DNA from: Candidatus Methanosuratincola verstraetei
GTDB lineage: Archaea > Thermoproteota > Methanomethylicia > Methanomethylicales > Methanomethylicaceae
Direction: 5' to 3'
Assembly (NCBI GenBank): GCA_049570475.1
Contig: CP186953.1
Span: 1,440,080 to 1,504,079, forward strand
DNA: 64,000 bases
In this document: positions 38,296-46,788 of the stretch, one piece after another
Position numbering within the stretch: position 1 is the stretch's first letter
How the letters are laid out: every line of letters begins with the position of its first letter
Notes under the pieces: model-generated
Database searches by the model: none
Told to the model about the DNA's origin: nothing
What the model saw: the letters and a program-made list of their open reading frames with translations, nothing else
Program-made: the position numbers and the translations under genes

Positions 38296-39007
38296 CAGAG
38301 GTGGATGCTTCCGGACAGTGCTGATCTTGGGCGGGGGCAAGTACGGGACCATTGCCCTGAACAGGCTCCGGGGAAGATCAGAAAGGATAATCGTGGTTGA
38401 CATAGACCCTGATTGCCAAGCGGGAAAATACGCCGAAAGGATCTTTTTGGGCAATGCCGATCCTGGCAAAGGGTCGTCCCTCGTCTTGGGCGACGGCGCT
38501 TCATTCCTCTCCCGCCTGATCGATCGGGGCGACGTTCCAGACTTCGTGATCCTGACGATACCCAAGAATGTGATGGCTGCTTTATTCATCTCCTGGGCAG
38601 AGTCGCTCGGCATGAAGGTGCTCTTCGACCCAGACTGGATGCTCGATGTAGCAAAAAGATTTCCCGAGAAATGGATTGTGGCGAAGGACCAGATTTTCGG
38701 GGTCTTGGTTGCGAGCTATGCGCGTGATCATGTCTGCCTGGACGGGTGCACTCAGCCTGAGGTCTGCCCAGTCTCAGGTGAGAGGCGCGAAAAATCGATG
38801 ATCGAGCTCGCGAAAAGCTCGGTGGAGGGGGATTTTGTGAGGATATTCGAGAGCAGGCTCCTTGAGAGCGATGTCGGCGGAGTCGAGGGGTGCGCGATAC
38901 TGGAGGCGTACAGGGAATTCAGCTCGCGCGCCCACAGCGGGATGCGCATTGCCATAGGTACCGCCTGCAGGTGCCATGCAATAGTGAACTTTATGAGGCT
39001 TGCCTGA
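38279..39007 (+). CDS. Uncharacterised Rossmann-like protein with Cys-rich C-terminal half, translationally coupled to cobT
   Basis: N-terminal VLILGGGKYGTIAL dinucleotide-binding-like loop; Cys motifs CLDGC...C and CRC in the C-terminal half; 17-nt overlap with cobT. Confidence 0.3.
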   Translation: MPPPIDRGGCFRTVLILGGGKYGTIALNRLRGRSERIIVVDIDPDCQAGKYAERIFLGNADPGKGSSLVLGDGASFLSRLIDRGDVPDFVILTIPKNVMAALFISWAESLGMKVLFDPDWMLDVAKRFPEKWIVAKDQIFGVLVASYARDHVCLDGCTQPEVCPVSGERREKSMIELAKSSVEGDFVRIFESRLLESDVGGVEGCAILEAYREFSSRAHSGMRIAIGTACRCHAIVNFMRLA

Positions 39008-39012
39008 GAATC

Positions 39013-39414
39013 TTGCATGGTGGGAAATTGAAAGTTAAAAAGAGCGAAGATGAGTGGAAAAGGTCCTTGACCCCTGAGCAGTATCGAGTCCTGAGGAAGG
39101 GGGAGACTGAGCCCCCCTTCACAGGGGAGCTGCTCCACAACAAGGGGGAAGGCGTCTACAAGTGCGCTGGGTGCGGCAATCCTCTGTTCTTGTCCTCGGA
39201 TAAGTTCGACTCCGGGTCTGGATGGCCCAGCTTCCGTGACGCGATTGAAGGGTCGATCGAGTACATCAGGGACACGAGCTACGGCATGGATCGGGTGGAA
39301 GTCAGGTGCAGCCGCTGCGGGGGGCACTTGGGCCACGTCTTCGACGACGGACCGCCCCCGAAAGGGAAAAGGTACTGCATAAACTCCGCGGCAATGGTTT
39401 TTGAGAAGAAATAG
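39013..39414 (+). CDS. msrB: Peptide methionine sulfoxide reductase B
   Basis: Two CxxC pairs (CAGCG...RCSRCGGHLGHVF) and the SelR signature. Confidence 0.8.
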   Translation: MHGGKLKVKKSEDEWKRSLTPEQYRVLRKGETEPPFTGELLHNKGEGVYKCAGCGNPLFLSSDKFDSGSGWPSFRDAIEGSIEYIRDTSYGMDRVEVRCSRCGGHLGHVFDDGPPPKGKRYCINSAAMVFEKK

Positions 39415-39429
39415 GGGGTTTAACTGGGT

Positions 39430-39633
39430 TCAGTCAACCTTCCAGGCTGCGACTGCAATTATGAGCCCTATGGCTATCCCAGTAATCCCGATCAGGGTGC
39501 CGGTGATCCCCAATGCACTGGGATCCATGATGGTGTAGCCTGTAACGACTGCCCCTACCCCTGCGACGATCAGGCCCAGTATTGCCCCATATTTCCTGTA
39601 TCCGCTCGCCAATGGTTCACCCCCATGCGTCAT
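39430..39633 (-). CDS. Small two-TM membrane protein
   Basis: 67 aa, Gly/Ile-rich hydrophobic. Confidence 0.3.
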   Translation of the reverse strand: MTHGGEPLASGYRKYGAILGLIVAGVGAVVTGYTIMDPSALGITGTLIGITGIAIGLIIAVAAWKVD

Positions 39634-39637
39634 TCCC

Positions 39638-40120
39638 TCACGGTTTGGCCCTCCCCTTCTCGAGGTCTACCGCCAGCTCCAAGAATTCGCGGTGCCTCTC
39701 CTCATCCTCGGCTATGCTGTTGAGCACCTTCTTGATAATCCCGTTCTTCTGCTTGAGGTCAAGGGCCTTCGCATATATCCCCACCAAGTACTCCTCATTC
39801 ATGAGCTTCTCGTACTTCACAAGACCTTGCAGGACCTCGAGAGGTGGCTTCTTGCCTATAATGCCCTCCGCCTCATTTAGAATTTTGACCGCCTCCGCTG
39901 CGACGGCACCGGCATCCGCCTCGGGAGCCCTTTCTGGGACCTTTTCCCCCGAGAGGTGCCTGAACACTTCGCTGTGCTTCCTCGAGTCTATTGCCAATAT
40001 CGAGATCAGGAGCCTTGCTGCGCTGTTCTTTACAGAAGGCAGTATCTTTTCATATACCTCTGCGGTCTTCCTTTCATAGTATGCCAGGAAAGCGTATATG
40101 CCCTCCAAAATTCCCACCAA
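39638..40120 (-). CDS. Ferritin-like (rubrerythrin/DUF-type diiron) protein
   Basis: Four-helix pattern with E...E..H-like motifs (EDEERHREFLE). Confidence 0.4.
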   Translation of the reverse strand: MVGILEGIYAFLAYYERKTAEVYEKILPSVKNSAARLLISILAIDSRKHSEVFRHLSGEKVPERAPEADAGAVAAEAVKILNEAEGIIGKKPPLEVLQGLVKYEKLMNEEYLVGIYAKALDLKQKNGIIKKVLNSIAEDEERHREFLELAVDLEKGRAKP

Positions 40121-40219
40121 TTATTCTACTGTTCAATGCACTAATAAATCCAGTGCTGCGCCGTGCGAAATTCTTAAAATAAAGGTGTCAAGATCCGCCA
40201 ATGGTGAGACGAGACGGAT

Positions 40220-41821
40220 TTGCGGAACTTTGCGGCTTTGCTTCTCACAGGTCTGATGACTGGGATTTCCGTCTCCCTCTTCCTGGTGATTTTGGATTTT
40301 TCAAGCAAGGCTCTATCATCGTCTCTGCCTGCCCCACTGCTTGCCTCCTTAAGCATACCTTCTGCTTACCTCATCGTGCGCCTGCTCTCCGACTCAAAGA
40401 AGACCGGTTCCGGCGTGGACAGGTTCCTCGAAACCTACCACCTGAGGCACGGTGCGGCAACACTACGATCCACTGCGGTCAGCGCTGCCTCTTTTGACGA
40501 TGTGTCTGGGAGGTAGCGCGGGACCGGAGGGGCCAGGCTTGACAATGGGCGCAGGGATAGGCTCATGGGTTGCAAGGAGGTTTGGTCTGGATCCTGAGAA
40601 GGTGAAGCGCCTCTACATCACGGGCGCCGCCTCTGGCATCGCTGCAATCTTCAGGGCTCCCCTCACCGGAACTGTCTTCGCGCTCGAGATACCGTACATG
40701 TATGACATGGAAACCGGCGTCTTTGTCTCATCGCTCATTGCTGTTGTAGTCTCCTATGCCTTCACCGTGATCTGCCTCGGCACCGAGCAGCTTTTCCTTT
40801 CCAGTCGGGGACAATCGAAATTACCCCTGATCTTCTGGTCAACTCAGTGGCAGTGGGCTTGATCTCAGCCGCCGTTTCCTTTGCCTTCATTAGCCTCTTC
40901 AAGGCGCTGAAGGCGCAGGCGAATCGCACCAAGTCCGCCCTAGTTCCTTTGGCCGGGGGCAGCGCCTTGGCTGCAATCTCGTTTGCATTCCCAGAAGTGC
41001 TTCGGACCGGCTTTGAGACAATAAAGGGGATAGGCAGCGGGACAATCCCGATCACCCTCTCCTTTGCCGTCGCACTGCTCGTGATGAAGATGCTCGCCAC
41101 CTCTGTTACCCTATCGACTGGCGGATCGGGCGGGCTTTTCCTGCCTTGTATTTTCATGGGCGTGACGCTGGGGGAGGCTTACTCGATAATAACGGGACAT
41201 CCTGATAGTGCGGTGTTCGTCGCTGCTGCTGTCGCCGGGGTGTTTGCAGCCACGAATAAGGCGCTCCTGACCTCGATCCTGTTGGTAAGCGAGACCTTCG
41301 GACCTGTGGTCCTCCTCCCCTCGATAGTCGCAGCCTCGATCTCTTTCCTGATAACAAAAGACCGCTCAATTCACGATCACCAGCTCCTTAGGAGGGTCAC
41401 CAAGAAAGAGATGGCCCTCGAGATGTTCAGCCACAGGATGGGGAACCGGATAAAGGGGGTCAGGGTTGACAGGATCATGGTTTCCAAGCCGGCTGCAATC
41501 GACTCAGGCGCTACTGTGGGCGAGACTCTCGAAACGCTCAAAAAATTCGGATACCGCGTGATGCCGGTGGTTTCGGGGAGGACTTACGTTGGTTACGTTA
41601 CACTGGACATCTTGCTGGTGGAGGAGAAGGAGAAGCCCGTTTCAGAGGTAGTGGTCTTTTCTGATCCCGTCATGCCGGATGAGACTTTGGATCGTCTAGT
41701 TATGCGTATCCTCAACACTGAGGAAACACATGTCTATGTCACGGACGCCGAGTCCAATTTGCTGGGCGTCGTGACCCAGAGCGACATAATCAAAGCCGTC
41801 TTTGAACTTGGGGATCAATGA
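40220..41821 (+). pseudogene. ClC chloride channel with C-terminal CBS pair, interrupted by two frameshifts
   Basis: ClC motifs GSGV, GPEGP and GTVFALEIP, then TM helices and two CBS domains, are spread over three consecutive ORFs in three frames (40220..40516, 40452..40862, 40847..41821). Confidence 0.5.
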
Positions 41822-42545
41822 AGAACGGATTTTGCAGCGGCTGGTAGTCGACAGCGATTGGCTGCAGATCAATCTCCCTGGCCGCCCCCTCCAGTACGCT
41901 GATCAGGTCCATGGGCTTGCAGAGGAAATAGTCCGGCCTTTCATCCCGGGTCTCAAAGAAATTGCAGTCCCCGTAACTGGCGTATGCAGCCTTCATGCCT
42001 ATGCACTTTGCAGCCTTGATGTCCCGCTGTATGCTGTCGCCGACGAATAGGGCCTCCTCCGGTCCGACCCCCAGCAGGCTCAGCGCAACCTCCAGGTGCC
42101 GCGGATCGGGCTTTACCCATTCGGTATCATCCGCACTGACGATCACGTCGAAGTATTGCCTCAGGCGGGTCCTCTCCATCCTTATCGCTGCGTTCGCCCT
42201 CCTGGCATTGGTGACCAGGGCGGTCCTTATGCCCATGTTCCGGAGTATCCTTAGCATCTGGTCCACCCCTTCATAGGGCTTTATCAAGTCGAGCTTTGTC
42301 CTGTCGTAGACCTCGCAGCACTCGAAGTAGAGGTCAAAGTCATAGATTCCAAGGCTTGCCATGTACTCCGCGATCACTGAAAAGCCCTCGTATTCCCCCT
42401 TGCTCCTGATGAACAGATCCAGGAGTTCGAGCCCATTGCCCCTGCCCAACCGGGCCGCCACCGCCCTGCATGCCCCGACCTGCGCATACACGAAGTCCAT
42501 CAGCGTGTTGTCCATGTCAAAGAGCACTGCCTTTATGCTACTCAA
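41790..42545 (-). CDS. HAD-superfamily hydrolase (phosphoglycolate phosphatase-like)
   Basis: Motif I LFDMDNTL, motif III K, motif IV GDSIQRD. Confidence 0.7.
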   Translation of the reverse strand: MSSIKAVLFDMDNTLMDFVYAQVGACRAVAARLGRGNGLELLDLFIRSKGEYEGFSVIAEYMASLGIYDFDLYFECCEVYDRTKLDLIKPYEGVDQMLRILRNMGIRTALVTNARRANAAIRMERTRLRQYFDVIVSADDTEWVKPDPRHLEVALSLLGVGPEEALFVGDSIQRDIKAAKCIGMKAAYASYGDCNFFETRDERPDYFLCKPMDLISVLEGAAREIDLQPIAVDYQPLQNPFFIDPQVQRRL

Positions 42546-43552
42546 CCCTTGAACCCCAACCCTATCAGCTCTCTGCAGGCTTCCAGGTCTTTCTTAAACC
42601 CATCGGCTACCTTTTCATCGAGGAAGAGTGCCTTGAGTTGCTCCGTGTCCCTCTTGCCCCTGAACTCACCGTAAATTACGGCGGAGTTCATCTTGATCAA
42701 TGCCAGCACGCTTGCAAGGTCGGCTATCAGCCTGCACAGCTGCGATCCTGTGCATGATGACTCGCGCGGGATCTCCTTTGGCATCTCGAACAGGAAGTGG
42801 TCGATGCCCTCGGCGTCGCAGATGTCAGTCATCGCGGCGTCTGCGGTTAGCATGACGATCTGTGCGTTCCTCTCGCGGGCGCATTTCGAGACGGTCCTGG
42901 CTATTATCCTGTCCCCCTCCCCCTCTTCGCCAGTGAACCTCTCCGATGCCTCGACTGATATGGCTGCTGCAAGCGCCTTCAGCTCCTTGTTCGCGAACCT
43001 GTATGCCTTCCTCGACTTTTTCATCCTCCTGTTCACCAGCTCGTCCAGCATCCACCTATCGTACGGCGCCGCTTTCTTCATCTGGATTACCTGTTCCTGC
43101 GTGTACTTGTAGTTGTGGACGCTCGTTATCTCGTCCCTGACCGTGCTGACTATGATGCAATCCTTCGGGTCAAGCAGCCCTATGTTGGAGACAAACCTCC
43201 TGTATATTACGTTGGTGTCAAGCGCGAAGAGTGTGTTCTTGTGCGCCCTGTACGCCTTTAGCTTCTCCCTGAATTCCTCCATGTTCGCGAAGCCCAGTAT
43301 CCCGCTGCTCATCATGCACTCGAGGATGTCTGCATACGAGGGCCCCTCGAGGTACGGATCTTCATCCTTTATTCCGAAAGATTCTGGTGTGAGGGATGTG
43401 GACAGCCTGTATTTTCCGTTGAAGCTTGCGCATCTGAAGAGCGGAATGTGGGTGATCGGGTAGGCGAGATCTAAATCCCCAGCGAATAGGTTCACGAGTA
43501 TCTGGATCTCTTCCTCGTTCAGGGTTAATGAGGGCCTGCTTGCTGAGCTCAC
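42542..43552 (-). CDS. PIN-domain nuclease with N-terminal (about 100 aa) and C-terminal extra domains
   Basis: PIN acidic tetrad context FALDTNVIY / VRDEITS / LTADAAMTD / DAEGID; its start overlaps the upstream CARF-like ORF by 4 nt. Confidence 0.45.
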   Translation of the reverse strand: MSSASRPSLTLNEEEIQILVNLFAGDLDLAYPITHIPLFRCASFNGKYRLSTSLTPESFGIKDEDPYLEGPSYADILECMMSSGILGFANMEEFREKLKAYRAHKNTLFALDTNVIYRRFVSNIGLLDPKDCIIVSTVRDEITSVHNYKYTQEQVIQMKKAAPYDRWMLDELVNRRMKKSRKAYRFANKELKALAAAISVEASERFTGEEGEGDRIIARTVSKCARERNAQIVMLTADAAMTDICDAEGIDHFLFEMPKEIPRESSCTGSQLCRLIADLASVLALIKMNSAVIYGEFRGKRDTEQLKALFLDEKVADGFKKDLEACRELIGLGFKG

Positions 43553-44034
43553 TGCTTCCCCACACCCGCCTCTTCAATGAAGTCTCGGAGGGTCTGCCTG
43601 CCCAGCGGGATCATCATGTAGGGCTTTGCGGAGTCGCTGGTGTCGTCTATCTGCAGGTAAAATATGTGATCGACCCCGACGTTATTCAACGGCACCAGCG
43701 CCCCGGCCACTAGGGCCTTCCTCCCTGGGGTTATGTCCACGGCAATCTTATTTCCAGAAGCCTTCCATTCCTTGATGATCTCGGTTATCTTTCTGCCCGC
43801 CTCGATGAAGCCCCCGTCCCTGACAATTTCGCTCCGTATCTCCGGCTGGAAGCCGTATTTGGCTGAGACTGCCCTGATGCCGGCTGAAGCCGCTTCTAGA
43901 CCATCAGCAGTGCCCTCTTCCGCGAATATGACGACCTCATCCGGCTGGTAGTCCCTTTCCCTTACCACTGCGTAGTACGAATTCACCAGTGCCCATCCGC
44001 TCCTCCCCAGCATCGTGATGTATTTGCACCCCAA
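43549..44034 (-). CDS. Minimal stand-alone CARF-like Rossmann sensor domain protein
   Basis: 161 aa; N-terminal strand-Gly ITMLGRSGWALV and the D-x-T-P/G-G-x-K-like motif VDITPGRKALVAGAL resemble CARF core motifs; no effector domain fused. Confidence 0.35.
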   Translation of the reverse strand: MGCKYITMLGRSGWALVNSYYAVVRERDYQPDEVVIFAEEGTADGLEAASAGIRAVSAKYGFQPEIRSEIVRDGGFIEAGRKITEIIKEWKASGNKIAVDITPGRKALVAGALVPLNNVGVDHIFYLQIDDTSDSAKPYMMIPLGRQTLRDFIEEAGVGKQ

Positions 44035-44173
44035 TCAGAACAGCCTCCTGGTCAGACGCTTGGCCCTTCGCCCTGCAAATCCAAGGTGCCGGGCGGATCC
44101 TCTGCACCCGCGCGCCGATTGATCCGATCCGGCTCCTGGCTTAGGTCCATCCTTATCCCGGGTCATGTTCTCA

Positions 44174-44443
44174 TCATCTCCTTCTGCCCTTTGCGCTCTT
44201 CAGGCTTTGCCCAACTGGGGCCTTTCCAGCCATGATGATCCATGAGCCTTTCAGGCTGCCGCCGCAGATTGGGCAGCCGCGCCTCTTGCATGCCGGGCAG
44301 ACCCTCGCCCTGGTGCCGCAAGTTGTGCACTCAGCTTCGACAACAGGAAGGCAATCGCGCCCCTCTATCATCCTCCCGCAAAATTCACAAGAAGAGAACG
44401 TTATGAACAACGGGACCACCGGAAACATGTCTCTCGCCATCAA
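44174..44443 (-). CDS. Small double zinc-ribbon protein
   Basis: Four CxxC pairs (CEFC, CTTC, CPAC, CPIC) in under 90 aa, with a basic tail. Confidence 0.35.
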   Translation of the reverse strand: MMARDMFPVVPLFITFSSCEFCGRMIEGRDCLPVVEAECTTCGTRARVCPACKRRGCPICGGSLKGSWIIMAGKAPVGQSLKSAKGRRR

Positions 44444-44479
44444 TATTTAAATATGATTTATTTAATTTGTTTAATATAT

Positions 44480-45247
44480 TTAATTTTGGGATCGGGCTTC
44501 GAAGCCATTGATCAGCAAGGTGTTCCTGCCCTTCTCCGTAAGACGTACCTTGCTGTTCCTCCCCCTCCCGTCCACCACCAGCAATTCCTTCTCCTCAAGC
44601 GGCCTGATGTACCTGCTCTCTAGTATGACATGCCCGTATGGCTTTGACTTGCCTTCAACCGAGAAGAGGCCCTTCTCCAGGCAGCTCTTCAGCAGCTGGC
44701 TCTTCTTGGGATCTCTTAACTGGTCCACCAGGACAAGGAAGTTCAACTCATCTGGCGTAGGCAGGTCGATCGAGTAGTGCGGCACTATCTCGATCTTGGA
44801 GAGGCCAGCCGAGTTCTGCGCCCTATTGGGATCTACTACCTCGATGTACCTCTCAGGGTAGGCGTAGTAGGCGCTCACGCCCTTCTTGAATGTGAGTGTT
44901 GCGAAGTGGCATGCGACACCCTGTATCGACCCTCCCGAGGATATGTTCACGAAAACATGGTTTCCGGATTCCAGCTCCCCCTCTATTATCTTCCTGCATG
45001 TGTAGATCAGCTTGAATAGGTCCAGCTCTGCCCTGTGGATCTGGTACGGCTTCTGCGCCCTTTCAAGCTCTTCGACTATCCTCTCTTGGCAATTGAGACC
45101 CCTCTGGTTGCTGTCCTGCCTGACAATCAGGTGGATCCTCTCTCCTTTCATCATCATGAACGGGAGAACGACCCTGTCGATCTCGAAGCCAACCGGCGCG
45201 ATGTGGGCCCTCTCAGGGAACCTTCCATTGGCGATGCTTTGAGACAT
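44480..45247 (-). CDS. Csa3-like CARF plus winged-HTH transcriptional regulator
   Basis: N-terminal HIAPVGFEIDRVVLPF resembles the Csa3 VTLGFDE start; Gly-rich NISSGGSIQG loop; C-terminal wHTH ...RNSKVRLTEKGRNTL. Confidence 0.4.
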   Translation of the reverse strand: MSQSIANGRFPERAHIAPVGFEIDRVVLPFMMMKGERIHLIVRQDSNQRGLNCQERIVEELERAQKPYQIHRAELDLFKLIYTCRKIIEGELESGNHVFVNISSGGSIQGVACHFATLTFKKGVSAYYAYPERYIEVVDPNRAQNSAGLSKIEIVPHYSIDLPTPDELNFLVLVDQLRDPKKSQLLKSCLEKGLFSVEGKSKPYGHVILESRYIRPLEEKELLVVDGRGRNSKVRLTEKGRNTLLINGFEARSQN

Positions 45248-45302
45248 AAATTAAGTATGCTTAATAATTTATTTATGTTTATTCTATAAGTAGGCCAAAA
45301 GG

Positions 45303-46004
45303 GTGGGCTGCTTGGGCAACCTCAAGGCGATAGTCGACGAGTACATGAGCATGGCGCGGGGCATAGACGAAATGTGCACCCGGTGCCTGAGGACCGAGCG
45401 ATGGGGCGGCAGCGTCACCCTGATGGTCGTGGACGCCGCATTCACGTCGATAGGGCTGAACTATTTCACGGCAGTCGTGCCGAAGGTTGACTATTTCAGG
45501 AGGGAGTTCGTGGAGGCTGGGCGAATCAAAACGCTAAAGGATCTGGCAGAGTCCGGCACCGACGAACTGCTGGAGGTCTGGAGGAACCGGAGGTCCTGGG
45601 AGGCTGCGCGGGGGATCGCGTCTTACCTCTCCGCCCTCCCCTACGGGACAGACCGGGAAGCGCTCAGGTCTTGGGCCAGATCGTCTTCCCTGGTAAACTG
45701 GAGGCTGGACCCCGTTGGGCGCATAAGAGGGGTCGGGCTCGTCACATACCAGTACCTCAGGATGATGGGGGGCGTCGACACGGTGATGCCGGACAAGATC
45801 GTGAAGCGCGTGATAAACGAGATGCTTGTCAAAGCCGGAGAGGAACCAGTAGAGGACAATTTGGCGTTCATATTGAAGGCGGAGGAGATCGCCAAGCGGA
45901 CGGGGTACCGCCCGATCGACCTCTGCTGGATGACCTGGATGATCCAGCCCGAGGGGAAGATCATGAGGATGGACAAGTACTCGGGATTGCTCCACATGAT
46001 CTGA
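45303..46004 (+). CDS. Helix-hairpin-helix protein, possible HhH-GPD-like DNA glycosylase fold
   Basis: IRGVGLVTYQYLRMMGGVDTVMPDKIVKRV resembles the LPGVG..TA....VDTHv.Rv HhH element of EndoIII-like glycosylases; the catalytic residues are not clearly identifiable. Confidence 0.25.
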   Translation: MGCLGNLKAIVDEYMSMARGIDEMCTRCLRTERWGGSVTLMVVDAAFTSIGLNYFTAVVPKVDYFRREFVEAGRIKTLKDLAESGTDELLEVWRNRRSWEAARGIASYLSALPYGTDREALRSWARSSSLVNWRLDPVGRIRGVGLVTYQYLRMMGGVDTVMPDKIVKRVINEMLVKAGEEPVEDNLAFILKAEEIAKRTGYRPIDLCWMTWMIQPEGKIMRMDKYSGLLHMI

Positions 46005-46054
46005 GCCAAGCGGAAGCGCTCGCAATATGGCCAGCCGGCGCAGAAGGGCTGCAG

Positions 46055-46600
46055 CTACTCTACAAGCAGGAGGCCGTAGAAGGAGGGCTTCGCATCCCTG
46101 CCCTTGCAAACGCCGATCTTGTAGCCCGCCTTTGCCGCTGTGGCGAAGACGTCGATGCCGCACCCCTCCATTGAGGGCCTCAGCTTCTCAGGGTGGATGC
46201 ACGATTCGAGGTTGCACTCCTCGCAGTATGGGCAGCCGTCTGTGGCCAAGGCAAAAGCCTTGTAGTGCCCCCTCAGGAAGGCCTCGCGCTCCAGCCTGAG
46301 CATCAGGTCGTGGCAGAACAATGAGAACTCGCTCAAGTCAGGGGGCTCAATCCTCACCAGTATCGCGTGCCTGTACTCGCCTAGGACCCTGCTGAACTCC
46401 TCCGGGGTAGGCGAAAACGGAGGGCAAGCCAGGGATCTTCCGTAGCCGTCGCATCCGTACTGGCACTTAAGCCTCACCCAGTTGCCGACGACCACTTCTT
46501 TTGCCTCTATGACCCTCGCATCCTCCGCACCCAGCGACACGGCGACCCTGCAAAGCTCAGCGAGCCTCTCCCCCTCTTCGCATTCGGACAATTGGCGCAC
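46055..46600 (-). CDS. DUF2284-like predicted metal-binding protein
   Basis: Cys cluster CQYGCDGYGRSLACPP and a second CPYCEEC cluster. Confidence 0.4.
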   Translation of the reverse strand: MRQLSECEEGERLAELCRVAVSLGAEDARVIEAKEVVVGNWVRLKCQYGCDGYGRSLACPPFSPTPEEFSRVLGEYRHAILVRIEPPDLSEFSLFCHDLMLRLEREAFLRGHYKAFALATDGCPYCEECNLESCIHPEKLRPSMEGCGIDVFATAAKAGYKIGVCKGRDAKPSFYGLLLVE

Positions 46601-46788
46601 CCTGCCTGCTGTCTAATTCCTTGCGCCAACAAATTAAGCATTGGCTTTTGGAGGGGCGCCTCAAGTCAATGGTGGGAAAAACTCGGGTCGCCCTCCCCAT
46701 GCCACTCGGCAACTGGGATCTCGCGCCAAAGACCTATATTGACCAGTTTCGCTGGGATCCAGTCAGGACTCGGCAGGTGCGGCGTGGA

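Noticed and set aside
45534-46174. ORFs 45534..46163 (-) and 45671..46174 (+) overlapping the HhH-protein gene
   Set aside because: GC-rich frame artefacts with Arg/Pro-rich translations.
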